From: Candidatus Saganbacteria bacterium
GTDB taxonomy: Bacteria > Margulisbacteria > WOR-1 > JAKLHX01
NCBI GenBank assembly: GCA_026387835.1
Contig: JAPLKZ010000013.1
Span: 133,874-165,873 of the forward strand
DNA length: 32,000 bases
Reading direction: 5' to 3'
Below are positions 16,738 to 26,183 of the stretch, piece after piece; position 1 is the first letter of the stretch; each line of letters starts with the position of its first letter. Below the pieces are notes generated by a model, which was not told the origin of the DNA, did no database searches, and was given only the letters and a program-made list of their open reading frames with translations. A program made the translations under genes and the position numbers.

Positions 16738-17807
16738 AAATCGTCGACCGTTATTTGATAAGCGAGCTTGGGATCCCGTTCCTTATCGGGATAATAGGTT
16801 TTGTCCTGATAATGACCACAGACCTTCTGTTCACGTTCGTCGACATGATAATAAACAAGGGGGTCCCAGCGTGGGCGATCATCCGGCTGATCCTGTATAA
16901 ACTTCCGTCCATAATGGTCCTGACTTTTCCCGTCTCCTTCCTTTTTGCCGCAGCGATCGTCCTCGGCCGCATGGCAAGAGAGAGCGAGCTCGCCGCGATG
17001 AGGACATCCGGCGTGAGTTTTTTCAGGATCGCAGCTCCGATACTCGCGGTATCGCTCGCGGTGAGCGCCGCGGCTTTCGTGACGAACGAGGCGGTAGTCC
17101 CGGTCGCGAACCGCATTTCAGACCGCATAATAAGGGAGATAGTATACAAACAGCCTCCGGCTGACGTTAAGGAGCAGGTATTCTTCAGGGATAACTTCAA
17201 CAGGTTCATTTATGTCAGGAGATTTTATCCCAGGACGTCTACCATGGATGACGTGATGATATATGACATGTCGGGCGGAAAATTTCCGAAAGTCATCACG
17301 GCGAAGACCGGATCGATAACTCCTGACAGGTGGTTCTTGAAGGACGGCGCGATCCACAGCTATGATGACACGGGTAAAATAAATTACGCGGCCGGGTTTT
17401 CAGATATGGACATCACGGTAAAGGATGACTTCATGAATTTTTCGGACCAGAAGACCTCGGACGAGATGAGCAGCGGGGAGCTGTTCGGCACGATAAAGAC
17501 CCTGAAGCAGGCGGGAGTGAACACCACGATGCTTGCGACGGATTTCCAGATGAAGTTTTCCATCCCGATGACGACACTAGTATTCGCGATGCTTTCTATC
17601 CCGCTCAGCATTCCCGCCCAGAGAGCAGGTAAGTCCTGGGGTTTTGCGCTCTCGATAATAGTCATTTTCACTTTTTACGTTTTCGCTTCGGTTTTCAGGT
17701 CTATGGGCAGGGGAGGCATGGTGTCCCCTATGATAGCTGCATGGCTTCCTCCTGTTTTAGTGTCTTTGATAGGCGGATCGCTTATTTTACGGGAAGGATC
17801 GAAATGA
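16734..17807 (+). CDS. Lipopolysaccharide export permease LptF/LptG family (YjgP/YjgQ)
   Basis: MKIVDRYLISELGIPFLIGIIGFVLIMTTDLLF..., FPVSFLFAAAIVLGRMARESELAAMRTSGVSFFRIAAPIL, C-terminal TM segments with FSIPMTTLVFAMLSIPLSIPA. Confidence 0.92.
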   Translation: MKIVDRYLISELGIPFLIGIIGFVLIMTTDLLFTFVDMIINKGVPAWAIIRLILYKLPSIMVLTFPVSFLFAAAIVLGRMARESELAAMRTSGVSFFRIAAPILAVSLAVSAAAFVTNEAVVPVANRISDRIIREIVYKQPPADVKEQVFFRDNFNRFIYVRRFYPRTSTMDDVMIYDMSGGKFPKVITAKTGSITPDRWFLKDGAIHSYDDTGKINYAAGFSDMDITVKDDFMNFSDQKTSDEMSSGELFGTIKTLKQAGVNTTMLATDFQMKFSIPMTTLVFAMLSIPLSIPAQRAGKSWGFALSIIVIFTFYVFASVFRSMGRGGMVSPMIAAWLPPVLVSLIGGSLILREGSK

Positions 17808-20197
17808 CAAAAGATGCCGGTACGGACGAACTTAAAAAACGGCTCAGGAAAAATCCCAGGAACGTTCAGACAAACCTGTTGATAGGCAACAGTTATCTTA
17901 AAGCGGGTAATTTTAAAGAAGCCGTAAAACATTACAGGATCTCCTCGATGTTCGATCCGAGGTCATTTTCAAGGGTGATGATCGATTATGAAGAAGCCCT
18001 TCAGGATGATATCGGCAATGTGCAGGCAAGACTGAGCCTTGTCGACTTTCTCCTGTCGCAGGGCAGCCTTGACGCGGCGATAGTGGAACTCGAAGAGCTT
18101 GTCGAGATCGCGCCGGAGACGGCACAGATCTACAACCTGCTCGGGAGGATATACCTCAAGCTGGGCAGGCTTGACGGGGCTATCTCGCTCCTTGAAAAAG
18201 CGAAAGAATCCGGCAAAGTCGATGTCTCGCTGCTTGAAGCCCTGGCAAATGCCTATATTGAAAAAGAGAGATACAGCGACGCGGTCATGATCTATGAGGA
18301 ACTTTTACGTTCTGACCCGTCGAGCAAGATAATACTGCGGACGCTGCGAGAGCTCTACAGCAAGCTCTCAAACTACGACAGCGCCGCGCAAAAATGCTCC
18401 CAGATGCTCAGCGATGATCCCGAAGTCCTTGCAGAGACGACGCTTAAGATGGAAGAACTGTCAAGGCTTTCGCCCAACAGCCCGTTCATCCTCGAGCAGC
18501 TGGCAAATGTATACATGCGTTCGCTAAAGCCGGCTCCGGCCGTGCTCCAGCTTCAAAGGATCATCGACCTTGACCCTGAAAAAACCGACACGGCGGTCTC
18601 GATGCTGAGAAAACTTTTGCAGACATATCCGGAAAACAGGGAATCCTTGTTCCTTCTGGCGGATTGCCTGGTGAAGAAGAACGTTTTTAGCGAGGCAGTC
18701 GAGATCTACGACAGATTGACCGGCAGCGATCCGGCCCTTATCGACAAGTGCATAGAAAAGCTGAAAAAGATAATCGTTCTTTATCCGGACCAGGCGCTTG
18801 CCCATAAAAGCCTGGCCGATGCCTATATATCCAAAGGGTCGTTTAAAGAAGCACTTATGGAGCTCAGGTGTTTGGTAAGGCTGAATCCCGCCGAGATAGA
18901 AAACATAGAAAGAAAATGCAAGGAGATCCTGAAAGCAAACCCGGAACTTTCTCAGGGCGCGCTTGTGCTTGCGGAATCGTTTTTGGCAAGCGGAGAAGCA
19001 AGGAAAGCGATAGCTATCGCCGAGGAGCTCGTCGAAAAAGACAAGAAGAACACGGAAGCATACGTAGTGCTCGGCGAGGCGTATCTTAAGATAGACGTCC
19101 TTAACAGGGCAAAAGAAGCTTTTATCAAAGCGATGCAGCTGTCCCCGCTCGACCCGGATATCCAGAAAAAATATCAGAATATCAGCGAAAAGGAACTTGA
19201 CAGGGAAGTGACCGCTGTAAAGGCTAAGATAGAACAGGACCCGTGGCGGGCAGGGCTCAATCTCGATCTTGCCAGGCTGTTATACAAAAAAGGAAGTCTT
19301 GAGCAGGCATTGAAAGCTCTCCAGTCGGCAGTAAAGGACGCCGCGAAGGCAGTCGCTTCTCATACTCTTATGGGGACCGTTTTCAAAGAGCAGGGAAGGT
19401 TCGATCTTGCAAAGATGCAGTTCGAGAAAGTCCTGGAATTTAAGAATTCCGATGATCCCGATGCGGAAAGGTCCGCAAGGGCGGGGATAGGCAGCTGTCT
19501 CGAAGCTTTCGGTTCGGTGAATGAAGCGCTCCAGTCATACGAGTCGGTGACTTCTTCCGATATATCATTTGAAGGCGTCAAAGAAAGGATCAGCCGGCTG
19601 AACCAGACAGACCCTTACTCTGCGCGCAACAAAGCTCTTGCCTTGGTATTTGAATCGCTTTCCTCAAAGAACTTGAGGGCCGTGTGGGGCGGCGACGCCA
19701 GGAAATCAAAAAGCCGTGAAGAAGACGATCTTGCTTCCATGTCGTTCGGCCAGGAGCAGAACAACATGGGATTTGAGCAGTTCATGAAGAGCAGGAGAAA
19801 AGCTTCAGAGGAAGATTTTGTCCTGGCTACCCAGCTGGACGCGCAGCTATATCCCGCGTCTAATAATCTTGCCGCGGCTAACATGGCCGGAGGGAACCTG
19901 GAGCAGGCCGGCACATCGCTTTCCTATATATTATCCGAAGACGCGGCAAACCCGATATTCAGAAATAATCTGGGAGTCTGTCATGTCTTTAAAGACGACA
20001 TGAAAAGCGCGGAGAAGGAGTTTAAGGCAAGCCTAAAGGCCGACAAGGACTTCAGCCCTGCGGCCCTCAACATGGGAGACATCGAGATGAAAAGAGGCAA
20101 TATCAAGGAAGCGGTCTCTTATTACAAAAAAATTGGCAGGAATGATCCTCTGTATGAACTTATGCAGAGAAGGATAGTATACTGGATTGTATCTTAG
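17804..20197 (+). CDS. Large tetratricopeptide-repeat protein
   Basis: Many TPR-like units (e.g. ETAQIYNLLGRIYLKLGRLDGAISLLEKAKE, VSLLEALANAYIEKERYSDAVMIYEELLRSDP, TEAYVVLGEAYLKIDVLNRAKEAFIKAMQLSPLDP). Start set at the ATG overlapping the preceding TGA; the listed ORF starts upstream at 17741. Confidence 0.9.
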   Translation: MTKDAGTDELKKRLRKNPRNVQTNLLIGNSYLKAGNFKEAVKHYRISSMFDPRSFSRVMIDYEEALQDDIGNVQARLSLVDFLLSQGSLDAAIVELEELVEIAPETAQIYNLLGRIYLKLGRLDGAISLLEKAKESGKVDVSLLEALANAYIEKERYSDAVMIYEELLRSDPSSKIILRTLRELYSKLSNYDSAAQKCSQMLSDDPEVLAETTLKMEELSRLSPNSPFILEQLANVYMRSLKPAPAVLQLQRIIDLDPEKTDTAVSMLRKLLQTYPENRESLFLLADCLVKKNVFSEAVEIYDRLTGSDPALIDKCIEKLKKIIVLYPDQALAHKSLADAYISKGSFKEALMELRCLVRLNPAEIENIERKCKEILKANPELSQGALVLAESFLASGEARKAIAIAEELVEKDKKNTEAYVVLGEAYLKIDVLNRAKEAFIKAMQLSPLDPDIQKKYQNISEKELDREVTAVKAKIEQDPWRAGLNLDLARLLYKKGSLEQALKALQSAVKDAAKAVASHTLMGTVFKEQGRFDLAKMQFEKVLEFKNSDDPDAERSARAGIGSCLEAFGSVNEALQSYESVTSSDISFEGVKERISRLNQTDPYSARNKALALVFESLSSKNLRAVWGGDARKSKSREEDDLASMSFGQEQNNMGFEQFMKSRRKASEEDFVLATQLDAQLYPASNNLAAANMAGGNLEQAGTSLSYILSEDAANPIFRNNLGVCHVFKDDMKSAEKEFKASLKADKDFSPAALNMGDIEMKRGNIKEAVSYYKKIGRNDPLYELMQRRIVYWIVS

Positions 20198-20218
20198 AAA
20201 AACAGAAAGGAGCCTGGT

Positions 20219-21376
20219 ATGAAAATCGCGATGCTGGTCCCGTATTTTTTTCCGCATTTCGGAGGGACTGAGAAATACGTGAAGGACCTTTCGGACGAGC
20301 TTGCGGACCGCGGCCATGACGTGACGATAATCTCGAACAACGTGCCGAAAGAAGCGGGAGCGCCAAAAGAAGAGATGATGGGTAAAGTGAAAGTGAAACG
20401 CCTTGACGCCAAGAATTACGTCTATCTTCCTGTCTCGTTCCAGTTCAACCTGAAGATGCTGAAAGGCTTTGACCTGGTCCACACGCACTGCCCGCCGTTC
20501 GGCTTCACAAGAGCGGTAAGAGGAAGACTGAAGATCCCTCATGTGGTCACTTATCACTGCGACACGACGATGTCCGAAAAATTTCTCGGGATAAAGATGC
20601 CTAAATGGGCGATAAAAAGTGTGGAGTGGATCACGAATGCTTACGCGAAAATGATACTCCCGAGCGCGGATGCCATAATATCGACTACCGAAAGCTACGC
20701 GTCCACTTCCCCCGTGATGAAAAACTTCGCGCATTTTGCCGTGCCCATCGGGATCCATTATGAGGTGTTCGATGAGTCAAGAAAAAAACAGGGCATCACC
20801 GAAGAAAAACGCGACAGGAAGAAAGTGCTTTTTCTCGGAAGGTTTGCCGCCAATAAAGGGATAGATTACCTTGTGAGGGCGATCCCTCTGGTCCTGAAGG
20901 AAGTCCCGGACGCGAAGTTCATACTTTGCGGAGAAGGCGAGGAAAAACCGCACATAGAAGATTTCATAGACAAAGTCGGTGTCAGGAACAGGATCGAGTT
21001 CCAGGGAAAAGTGAATCTCGACAAGATGGTGGAACTGTATTCGACATCAGCCATGTTCGTCTTCCCGTCGATAAACAGGCTCGAAGCGTTCGGCATAGTC
21101 CAGCTTGAATCGATGGCATGTTCGACGCCGGTAATAGCGTCCAATATCCCGGGCGTCAATAACGTCATGGATGTCGGCAGCAGCGGTCTTCTTGTGGAGC
21201 CGAGAGATATCGAAGGCCTCGCAAAAGCGATCATAGAGATACTGAAAGATCCTGAAAAGGCGAAAAAGATGGGCGAGCGGGGAAGGCAGCTTGTCGAGAC
21301 CAAGTACAACTGGAAGACTATCGGTAACCAGATAGAGGACATCTACAGAATGGTCATCGAAAGGAAAAAAGCGTGA
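20219..21376 (+). CDS. Glycosyltransferase family 4 (group 1)
   Basis: MLVPYFFPHFGGTEKYVKDLSDELADRGHDVTIIS; VLFLGRFAANKGIDYLVRAIPLV; FPSINRLEAFGIVQLESMACSTPVIASNIPGVNNVM. Confidence 0.94.
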   Translation: MKIAMLVPYFFPHFGGTEKYVKDLSDELADRGHDVTIISNNVPKEAGAPKEEMMGKVKVKRLDAKNYVYLPVSFQFNLKMLKGFDLVHTHCPPFGFTRAVRGRLKIPHVVTYHCDTTMSEKFLGIKMPKWAIKSVEWITNAYAKMILPSADAIISTTESYASTSPVMKNFAHFAVPIGIHYEVFDESRKKQGITEEKRDRKKVLFLGRFAANKGIDYLVRAIPLVLKEVPDAKFILCGEGEEKPHIEDFIDKVGVRNRIEFQGKVNLDKMVELYSTSAMFVFPSINRLEAFGIVQLESMACSTPVIASNIPGVNNVMDVGSSGLLVEPRDIEGLAKAIIEILKDPEKAKKMGERGRQLVETKYNWKTIGNQIEDIYRMVIERKKA

Positions 21377-22356
21377 AGGTACTTGTCACCGGAGGAGCGG
21401 GATTCATCGGAGGCGTGACGGTAAGGGACCTTCTTGATGCCGGTTTTGACATAGATGTCTTAGACAACCTTGAATGCGGCCATAAATCTACCATTCCCGA
21501 CAAGTGCAGGCTGATAAAGGCAGATCTCCGTTCATACCCAGATATTTTTGACGCGCTTTCAGCCTCAAAATACGACGCGGTGCTTCATTTCGCTGCTTAC
21601 ACCATAGTGCCGGAGTCCGTCGAGAACCCCGAGAAATATTTCAGGAACAATGTCGAAGCGAGCATCAATCTCCTGAACGCGATGAAAAATACAGGCGTTA
21701 AGAACATCATCTTTTCCTCTTCGGCCGCGGTATATGGCGAGCCTAAAGATATCCCGATCAAAGAAGACGCGCCGACGGCGCCGGCTAACACTTACGGCCA
21801 GACAAAACTGACAGTCGAGGAATATTTAAGATGGTATGACCTGGCTTACGGCATAAAGTCGGTCAGCCTTAGGTATTTCAACGCCGCGGGTGCGGACCTG
21901 GTCAACGATCTCGGTGAAGACAGGGAGACCGAGACACACCTGATACCGCTGGTGCTTCATTCGGCTTCGGGCAGGAACAAAGACGTAAAGATATTCGGCA
22001 CGGATTATCCGACAAAGGACGGCACCTGTGTGAGGGATTACATACATGTCAAAGATCTCTCCTGCGCCCATGTGCTCGCGCTTAAAAAACTGCTTGAAAC
22101 AGGGAAAACCTCGGTCTATAATCTCGGGAGCGAGAACGGGTTCACGGTAAAGGAGATCGTAAAGGCCGCGGAGAAAATTTGCGGCAAAAAGATCAGCGTC
22201 ATCGAGACCGGCAGGAGAGCGGGAGACCCGCCGGCTCTTATCGCAAGTTCCAAAAAGATCAGGTCCGAACTCGGCTGGCAGCAAAAGCACTCAGATGTTG
22301 AGAAGATCATCTCCGATACCTGGAAATGGATGGAAAGACATCCCCACGGATACTGA
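21373..22356 (+). CDS. galE: UDP-glucose 4-epimerase (GTG start)
   Basis: MKVLVTGGAGFIGGVTVRDLLDAGFDIDVLDNL; FSSSAAVYGEP; YGQTKLTVEEYL; GTCVRDYIHVKDLSCAHV; GSENGFTVKEIV. Confidence 0.94.
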   Translation: MKVLVTGGAGFIGGVTVRDLLDAGFDIDVLDNLECGHKSTIPDKCRLIKADLRSYPDIFDALSASKYDAVLHFAAYTIVPESVENPEKYFRNNVEASINLLNAMKNTGVKNIIFSSSAAVYGEPKDIPIKEDAPTAPANTYGQTKLTVEEYLRWYDLAYGIKSVSLRYFNAAGADLVNDLGEDRETETHLIPLVLHSASGRNKDVKIFGTDYPTKDGTCVRDYIHVKDLSCAHVLALKKLLETGKTSVYNLGSENGFTVKEIVKAAEKICGKKISVIETGRRAGDPPALIASSKKIRSELGWQQKHSDVEKIISDTWKWMERHPHGY

Positions 22357-22358
22357 AA

Positions 22359-23492
22359 ATGCAAAAAAAGAAGATATTATACCTGTTTTCCGATACCGGC
22401 GGCGGTCACAGGAGCTCGGCTTCGGCTATTATGAAGGCCGTAGAGGAGCTCAAGAAGAAAGACGCTCCGCTGCAGGAGATGGTGGATGTGTTCACGGAAT
22501 GCAGCGCGTTCCTCGGCATGCTCGCGAAATTATACGGCCCGGTCATAAAATATTCGCCAAAGATGTGGGGAGTGCTGTATCACTGGCTGAACGACATGAA
22601 AAAGATGCAGCAGATGGAAAAACTGGCAAGGCCGTTCATACAAAAAGAACTAGGGCGCCTCATTCTCGACAGGAAACCTGACATCATCGTATCTGTGCAT
22701 CCCCTGTTGAACCACCTGACGGTAGCGGCCATGGAAGATGTTAAGTACATTGTTCCGTTGATAACGGTAGTTACCGATCCCGTGAGCCTTCACAGGGCCT
22801 GGGTCTGCCCGGATGCCGACATGATCATAGTGGCGACGCAAGACGCAAAAAGACATGCGCTGGAATACGGCGGCGACAAGAATAAGATCAGGGTCATAGG
22901 CCTTCCCATTGACCCTAGGTTCGCAAAACCGGCGGCTTCAAAAGCTATGAAAAAGCGCGAGCTCGGGCTTGACCCCGGCAGATTCACGGTGCTTCTGATG
23001 GGCGGCGGGGAGGGCGGCGGAAACATGCTTAAGATAGTGCGGTCTATAGACAAGGCGGGGCTGAATATTCAGCTGATAGTGATAGCCGGCAGGAACGAGA
23101 AACTGAAAAAACAACTTGAGATTATGTCGGAAAGACTTTCATACAGGATGAAGGTCTACGGATTCACGAACGAAGTGCCTGAGATAATGAGCGCTTCCGA
23201 CCTCATAATAACTAAAGCAGGTCCGGGGTCGATCGCGGAAGCCCTGGCAAAGGAACTTCCGATAGTGATCACGAGCTGGCTTCCCGGCCAGGAAGAAGGC
23301 AATGTCAATTACGTCCTTGATAAACGTCTCGGGGTGATATGCCGGGACTTCAGGCAGATCGCAAAAACGATAAAAGAAATGCAGGCGCCTAAAAACCTCA
23401 ACAGGATCAGGGCGAACATCAAAAAAGTAAATAATCCCCGCGCGGTGTTCGAGATAGCGCATATCATACTTGAGAAAATCCCGCTCAGATGA
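22359..23492 (+). CDS. MGDG synthase-like / processive diacylglycerol glucosyltransferase-like glycosyltransferase (GT28)
   Basis: ILYLFSDTGGGHRSSASAIMKAVEEL; PDIIVSVHPLLNHLTVAAM; VVTDPVSLHRAWVCPDADMIIVAT; VLLMGGGEGGGNM; ASDLIITKAGPGSIAEALAKELPIVITSWLPGQEEGNVNYVL. Start chosen at MQKKKILYLF. Confidence 0.88.
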   Translation: MQKKKILYLFSDTGGGHRSSASAIMKAVEELKKKDAPLQEMVDVFTECSAFLGMLAKLYGPVIKYSPKMWGVLYHWLNDMKKMQQMEKLARPFIQKELGRLILDRKPDIIVSVHPLLNHLTVAAMEDVKYIVPLITVVTDPVSLHRAWVCPDADMIIVATQDAKRHALEYGGDKNKIRVIGLPIDPRFAKPAASKAMKKRELGLDPGRFTVLLMGGGEGGGNMLKIVRSIDKAGLNIQLIVIAGRNEKLKKQLEIMSERLSYRMKVYGFTNEVPEIMSASDLIITKAGPGSIAEALAKELPIVITSWLPGQEEGNVNYVLDKRLGVICRDFRQIAKTIKEMQAPKNLNRIRANIKKVNNPRAVFEIAHIILEKIPLR

Positions 23493-23498
23493 TATTCT
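23470..23498 (+). promoter_or_regulatory. Candidate sigma70-type promoter for the SLH-barrel gene
   Basis: TTGAGA-N17-TATTCT ending about 33 bp before the GTG start, followed by GGGAGGAAAAAA; by-eye match only. Confidence 0.35.
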
Positions 23499-23531
23499 GA
23501 ATTAAGCAGATAATATTTTGGGAGGAAAAAA

Positions 23532-25004
23532 GTGAAAAAACTATTTTTGGTCATTTTACTGGTCTGTTTCGTGGTATCACCCGTCCATGCCGCCAAGAAA
23601 AAAACACCTAAGGGATTGCTTTCAAGTACCAAGGAGATAAAGTTCAGGGACGTTCCGGATTCGCACTGGGCGGCAAAATCGGTCTACAAGCTTGTAAAGC
23701 TCGGGGTGACCCAGGGTTATCCGGACGGAACTTTCCGCGGAACAAAGACGATAACGAGGTTCGAGACCGCCGTTTTCCTCTCAAAACTGGCCGACAGCGT
23801 GGGGTCAGCAGGGATGGAGAAACTTACCGAAGAGCTGAAATCCGAACTGAAAGCGATGAAGGATGAAATGGCGGAAAAAGGCTTCATGAGTTCAAAGGGA
23901 AGCTTCGAGCTGGATTATTATCTGGGCAACATTTTTTACAACACGGCTGACTACTCGGGACAGAGAGCGCCGCAGGGCCCTGTCATGGATTACCGCCTGA
24001 TTGCGGATTTTTCTTCAAATCTAGGGCAGAACCAGTCCGTAAAAGCGACTTTGGACACAATGGACGGCGGTTTTTACGGGGGAGGACAGGACCTTCTGAC
24101 AAGATTGATCGATATCCAGGGCACGATCAAGACAAAGCTCTGGTCTCCCGCGACCATAACCGTAAGCGCTGGACCGGGACCCCAGAGGCATCTTTTCGGC
24201 GGCAATATCATGCCGTCGGAGTACGGCAGGACTTATGTCAGGCCATACACCGGCGTCAGTCTTTCTACGGCACTTTACGGCGCGGGATTTAACGCTTCAT
24301 ATTACGCGCACAACATAAAAGCGACCGACCCGTCCACCCCGGGCGAGGTTGGAGTGAACCAGATAAGCGGCAGTCTTTCATGGGCATACAGTAAATGGTC
24401 ATTGCTGAACAGCGGCACCGTGACTTTGAGCGCCGATTATTTTTCCAGGAACACAGGGACAGGTTCAAGCGCGCTCACAAATTTCAGGCCGTCGATAAGC
24501 ATCTCCGCTAATCCGAAAAAAAATCTTCTTGTTTCCGGACAGATAAAAGCAGGCTCTTCAAAAGATATCGGGACTCACAGGCTTGCATTGATCGGAGAAT
24601 TGGCCGCGACCGAACTTCTGGCAGGCAGGACGGACCTGGACGTAAAGGTAGTTCTTGCAGGCGGCGATTATATAGTTGAACCGGATAATCTTGACGAATG
24701 GACGCTGCTCGGGTATGACCCTTTTGACAGGCCTCTCGTGAATGGCGTCAAATCGATCCAGGCACAGCTGAAGCATTCTTTCACTGACAGCATCACCCTT
24801 GTCGGCAAGGGGATGTACAATATGTCGTCGGGATTTATGTTCGGCACCGGACATTCAGGTTCAAGGGCCACTGTCGAGGGAGGTCTGAACTTCACCCTTT
24901 CAGATACCGGATCGTTTTATGCGGGTTACAGGATAGATAAAGATCCCAACGCGTCGATCCAAACGACCGACCTGTTCATAATGAAGCTTATCTGCGCTTT
25001 CTGA
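23532..25004 (+). CDS. SLH-domain outer-membrane beta-barrel protein (OmpM-like porin), GTG start
   Basis: Signal peptide MKKLFLVILLVCFVVSPVHAA; one SLH domain FRDVPDSHWAAKSVYKLVKLGVTQGYPDGTFRGTKTITRFETAVFLSKLAD; coiled segment; alternating beta-barrel-like region ending in a C-terminal Phe (IMKLICAF). Confidence 0.87.
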   Translation: MKKLFLVILLVCFVVSPVHAAKKKTPKGLLSSTKEIKFRDVPDSHWAAKSVYKLVKLGVTQGYPDGTFRGTKTITRFETAVFLSKLADSVGSAGMEKLTEELKSELKAMKDEMAEKGFMSSKGSFELDYYLGNIFYNTADYSGQRAPQGPVMDYRLIADFSSNLGQNQSVKATLDTMDGGFYGGGQDLLTRLIDIQGTIKTKLWSPATITVSAGPGPQRHLFGGNIMPSEYGRTYVRPYTGVSLSTALYGAGFNASYYAHNIKATDPSTPGEVGVNQISGSLSWAYSKWSLLNSGTVTLSADYFSRNTGTGSSALTNFRPSISISANPKKNLLVSGQIKAGSSKDIGTHRLALIGELAATELLAGRTDLDVKVVLAGGDYIVEPDNLDEWTLLGYDPFDRPLVNGVKSIQAQLKHSFTDSITLVGKGMYNMSSGFMFGTGHSGSRATVEGGLNFTLSDTGSFYAGYRIDKDPNASIQTTDLFIMKLICAF

Positions 25005-25014
25005 TAAGGTCCTT

Positions 25015-25800
25015 ATGGAAACGGACAAAAACCGGGCAGACAAAGAACATCTTGCCGGAACAAGACTTATAGGCCGAAATATTTACAGATATGACCGCGT
25101 ATCCTCCACCAATGATGTCTGCCGCATGCTTGGGGAAAAGTCTGACACAGAAGGCCTTGTCATAATAGCGGATGTACAGGATAAAGGCCGCGGAAGATTC
25201 GACAGAAAATGGTATTCCCGCGACCCAGGCGGCCTCTATTTCTCCATATTATTAAGGCCCTCTTTTGATCAAAAGTATTTCCCGCTGATCGGCCTTTCCG
25301 CTGCTTCCTGCATTGCAAGAGCGATATTTTCCCTGGCGCGGGTCAAAGCGTCGGTAAAATGGCCGAATGATGTTCTTATCAACGGCAAGAAAGCTGCCGG
25401 TATACTTATCGAACAAAAGAACACCGATGTAATAGCCGGCATCGGAATAAATCTAAGTAATGAAACAGGCTCATTCCCGCCGGAGATAAGAGACATTGCG
25501 ACCTCGGTGCTCATAGAGTCCGGTATCGGGATCGAAAAAGAGCTTTTCTTCTGCGGCCTTTTGCGGGATATTGATGACGATTATTTTTTGCTCTCTCAGA
25601 AAAAGTTCGGGCGGATAATAGAAGGTGCAAAAAAGCATTCCTGCCTGCTTGGCAGAGAAGTCCTGATAGAGAAGGACGGGCAAAACATCAGCGGTATCGC
25701 AGCCGATATCGACGGGACCGGCGCATTGATAATAGAGTCTCAAAATGATAAAATCAAGATAACTTCGGGAGAAATAATCAAATGGCGACAAGAGGCATAA
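25015..25800 (+). CDS. birA: Biotin--[acetyl-CoA-carboxylase] ligase (catalytic domain only)
   Basis: IYRYDRVSSTNDVCRML; VIIADVQDKGRGRFDRKWYSRDPGGLYFSILLRP; VKWPNDVLINGKKAAGILIEQK; GIGINLSN. Confidence 0.94.
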   Translation: METDKNRADKEHLAGTRLIGRNIYRYDRVSSTNDVCRMLGEKSDTEGLVIIADVQDKGRGRFDRKWYSRDPGGLYFSILLRPSFDQKYFPLIGLSAASCIARAIFSLARVKASVKWPNDVLINGKKAAGILIEQKNTDVIAGIGINLSNETGSFPPEIRDIATSVLIESGIGIEKELFFCGLLRDIDDDYFLLSQKKFGRIIEGAKKHSCLLGREVLIEKDGQNISGIAADIDGTGALIIESQNDKIKITSGEIIKWRQEA

Positions 25801-26171
25801 GAGGAGCGATAACGGTAGCCAAGAACGAAAAGGATGCCATCGTGGTGGCGACTGAGATGCTGCTTGAAAAGATGGTCTCGGTGAACAAGTTAAAAGTGGA
25901 CGATATCGCTTCCGTTTTATTTTCGGTCACGCACGACCTGACAAAAGAATTTCCCGCGATAGCCGCGAGAGAAATGGGCTGGCTTTACACGCCCCTGATG
26001 TGCACGAATGAGATCGCCATTGAAGGGAGCCTGAAAAAGTGCATAAGGGTGCTGATGACGGTTAATTCAGAAAAAAAACAGAGCGAGATAAAACATGTCT
26101 ATCTTAACGAAGCGCAGAAACTCCGGCCGGACCTTTCAAGTGAAAAGATCGACGAATACTACGTCAGTTAA
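25782..26171 (+). CDS. aroH: Chorismate mutase, AroH type
   Basis: MATRGIRGAITVAKNEKDAIVVATEMLLEKMVSVNKLKVDDIASVLFSVTHDLTKEFPAIAAREMGW; PLMCTNEI; IRVLMTVNSEKKQSEIKHVYLNEAQKLRPDL. Confidence 0.93.
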   Translation: MATRGIRGAITVAKNEKDAIVVATEMLLEKMVSVNKLKVDDIASVLFSVTHDLTKEFPAIAAREMGWLYTPLMCTNEIAIEGSLKKCIRVLMTVNSEKKQSEIKHVYLNEAQKLRPDLSSEKIDEYYVS

Positions 26172-26183
26172 AGGGAAACGATC

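Noticed and set aside
20033-20758. 241-aa minus-strand ORF opposite the TPR/GT4 junction
   Set aside because: His/Arg/Phe-rich translation and crosses a real gene boundary antisense; not plausible as a protein.
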